From: Felis catus
Taxonomy: Eukaryota
Assembly (NCBI RefSeq): GCF_018350175.1
Contig: NC_058368.1
Location: 211,794,001-211,858,000 of the forward strand
Length of the DNA: 64,000 nt
Direction: 5' to 3'
Both the position numbers and the translations under genes were made by a program. This document shows, in pieces, positions 63,558 through 64,000 of this stretch. How positions within the stretch are numbered: position 1 is the stretch's first letter; every line of letters begins with the position of its first letter. The notes beneath the pieces were generated by a model that was not told the origin of the DNA, did not search any database, and worked only from the letters and a program-made list of their open reading frames with translations.

Positions 63558-64000
63558 CATTAGGGCACCTGTATACACCGTTTCCTGTATGTCTGTAAGT
63601 GCATAAAGGGATATCTGAAGAATGACCATCAGTAGGGGCTGGGACGAAGCATTTCCCCCAGCTTTTCTACATCACTGAAATGGTTTACGATAAACATGTA
63701 TAATTTTTTACACAACTTTTTAAAAAGAGATATGACATAACTTGGTGCTTTTTAGTATATTCCCAGGGTTGTGCAACCATCACCACTATCTAGTTGCACC
63801 ACATTTTCATCACCCCGGAAAGAAACCTAGCAACCATTAGCAGTCACTCCGCATCCCCTCCCCCTGACCAGGTGTAAGCAACCCCTCAATCTACTTTCTG
63901 TCTCTATAGACCTGCCCTTTCTGGCATTCACTTGTGTAATTTTGAAAACCTGAGAAAATGGTAAAGCTATGTTTATTTGGAAAAAACACAAAATGAAAGC

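Noticed and set aside
61162..64000. White-tiger SLC45A2 A477V allele
   Set aside because: Codon 477 lies in an exon outside this window and cannot be assessed

Overview
Mammalian genomic DNA, almost certainly from a felid (dense tRNA-derived CanSINEs of the cat type plus carnivore L1). It holds the conserved syntenic block C1QTNF3 - AMACR - SLC45A2, all on the + strand. C1QTNF3 is complete: 6 coding exons, 246 aa, plus an in-frame alternative donor giving the 319-aa CTRP3B form. AMACR is complete: 5 exons, 382 aa, catalytic His122/Asp152 intact. SLC45A2 is represented by coding exon 1 only. Exon lengths and phases add up to open frames with GT-AG junctions. The rest is mostly transposable elements: about 30 SINEs, several L1 fragments, MaLR/ERV LTRs, MER5/MER47 DNA transposons, MIR/L2 and microsatellites. 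A near-full-length processed SET (TAF-Ialpha) pseudogene lies antisense in AMACR intron 4. I see no evidence for a previously undescribed multi-gene system. The best leads are local: an ERV LTR carrying a 424-bp polypurine expansion just upstream of the AMACR CpG promoter, a young TSD-flanked L1 with an open ORF2 about 220 bp before AMACR exon 4, the nested SET retrocopy, and a sense solo LTR in C1QTNF3 intron 3. Repeat family names come from recalled consensus sequences and their boundaries are approximate.
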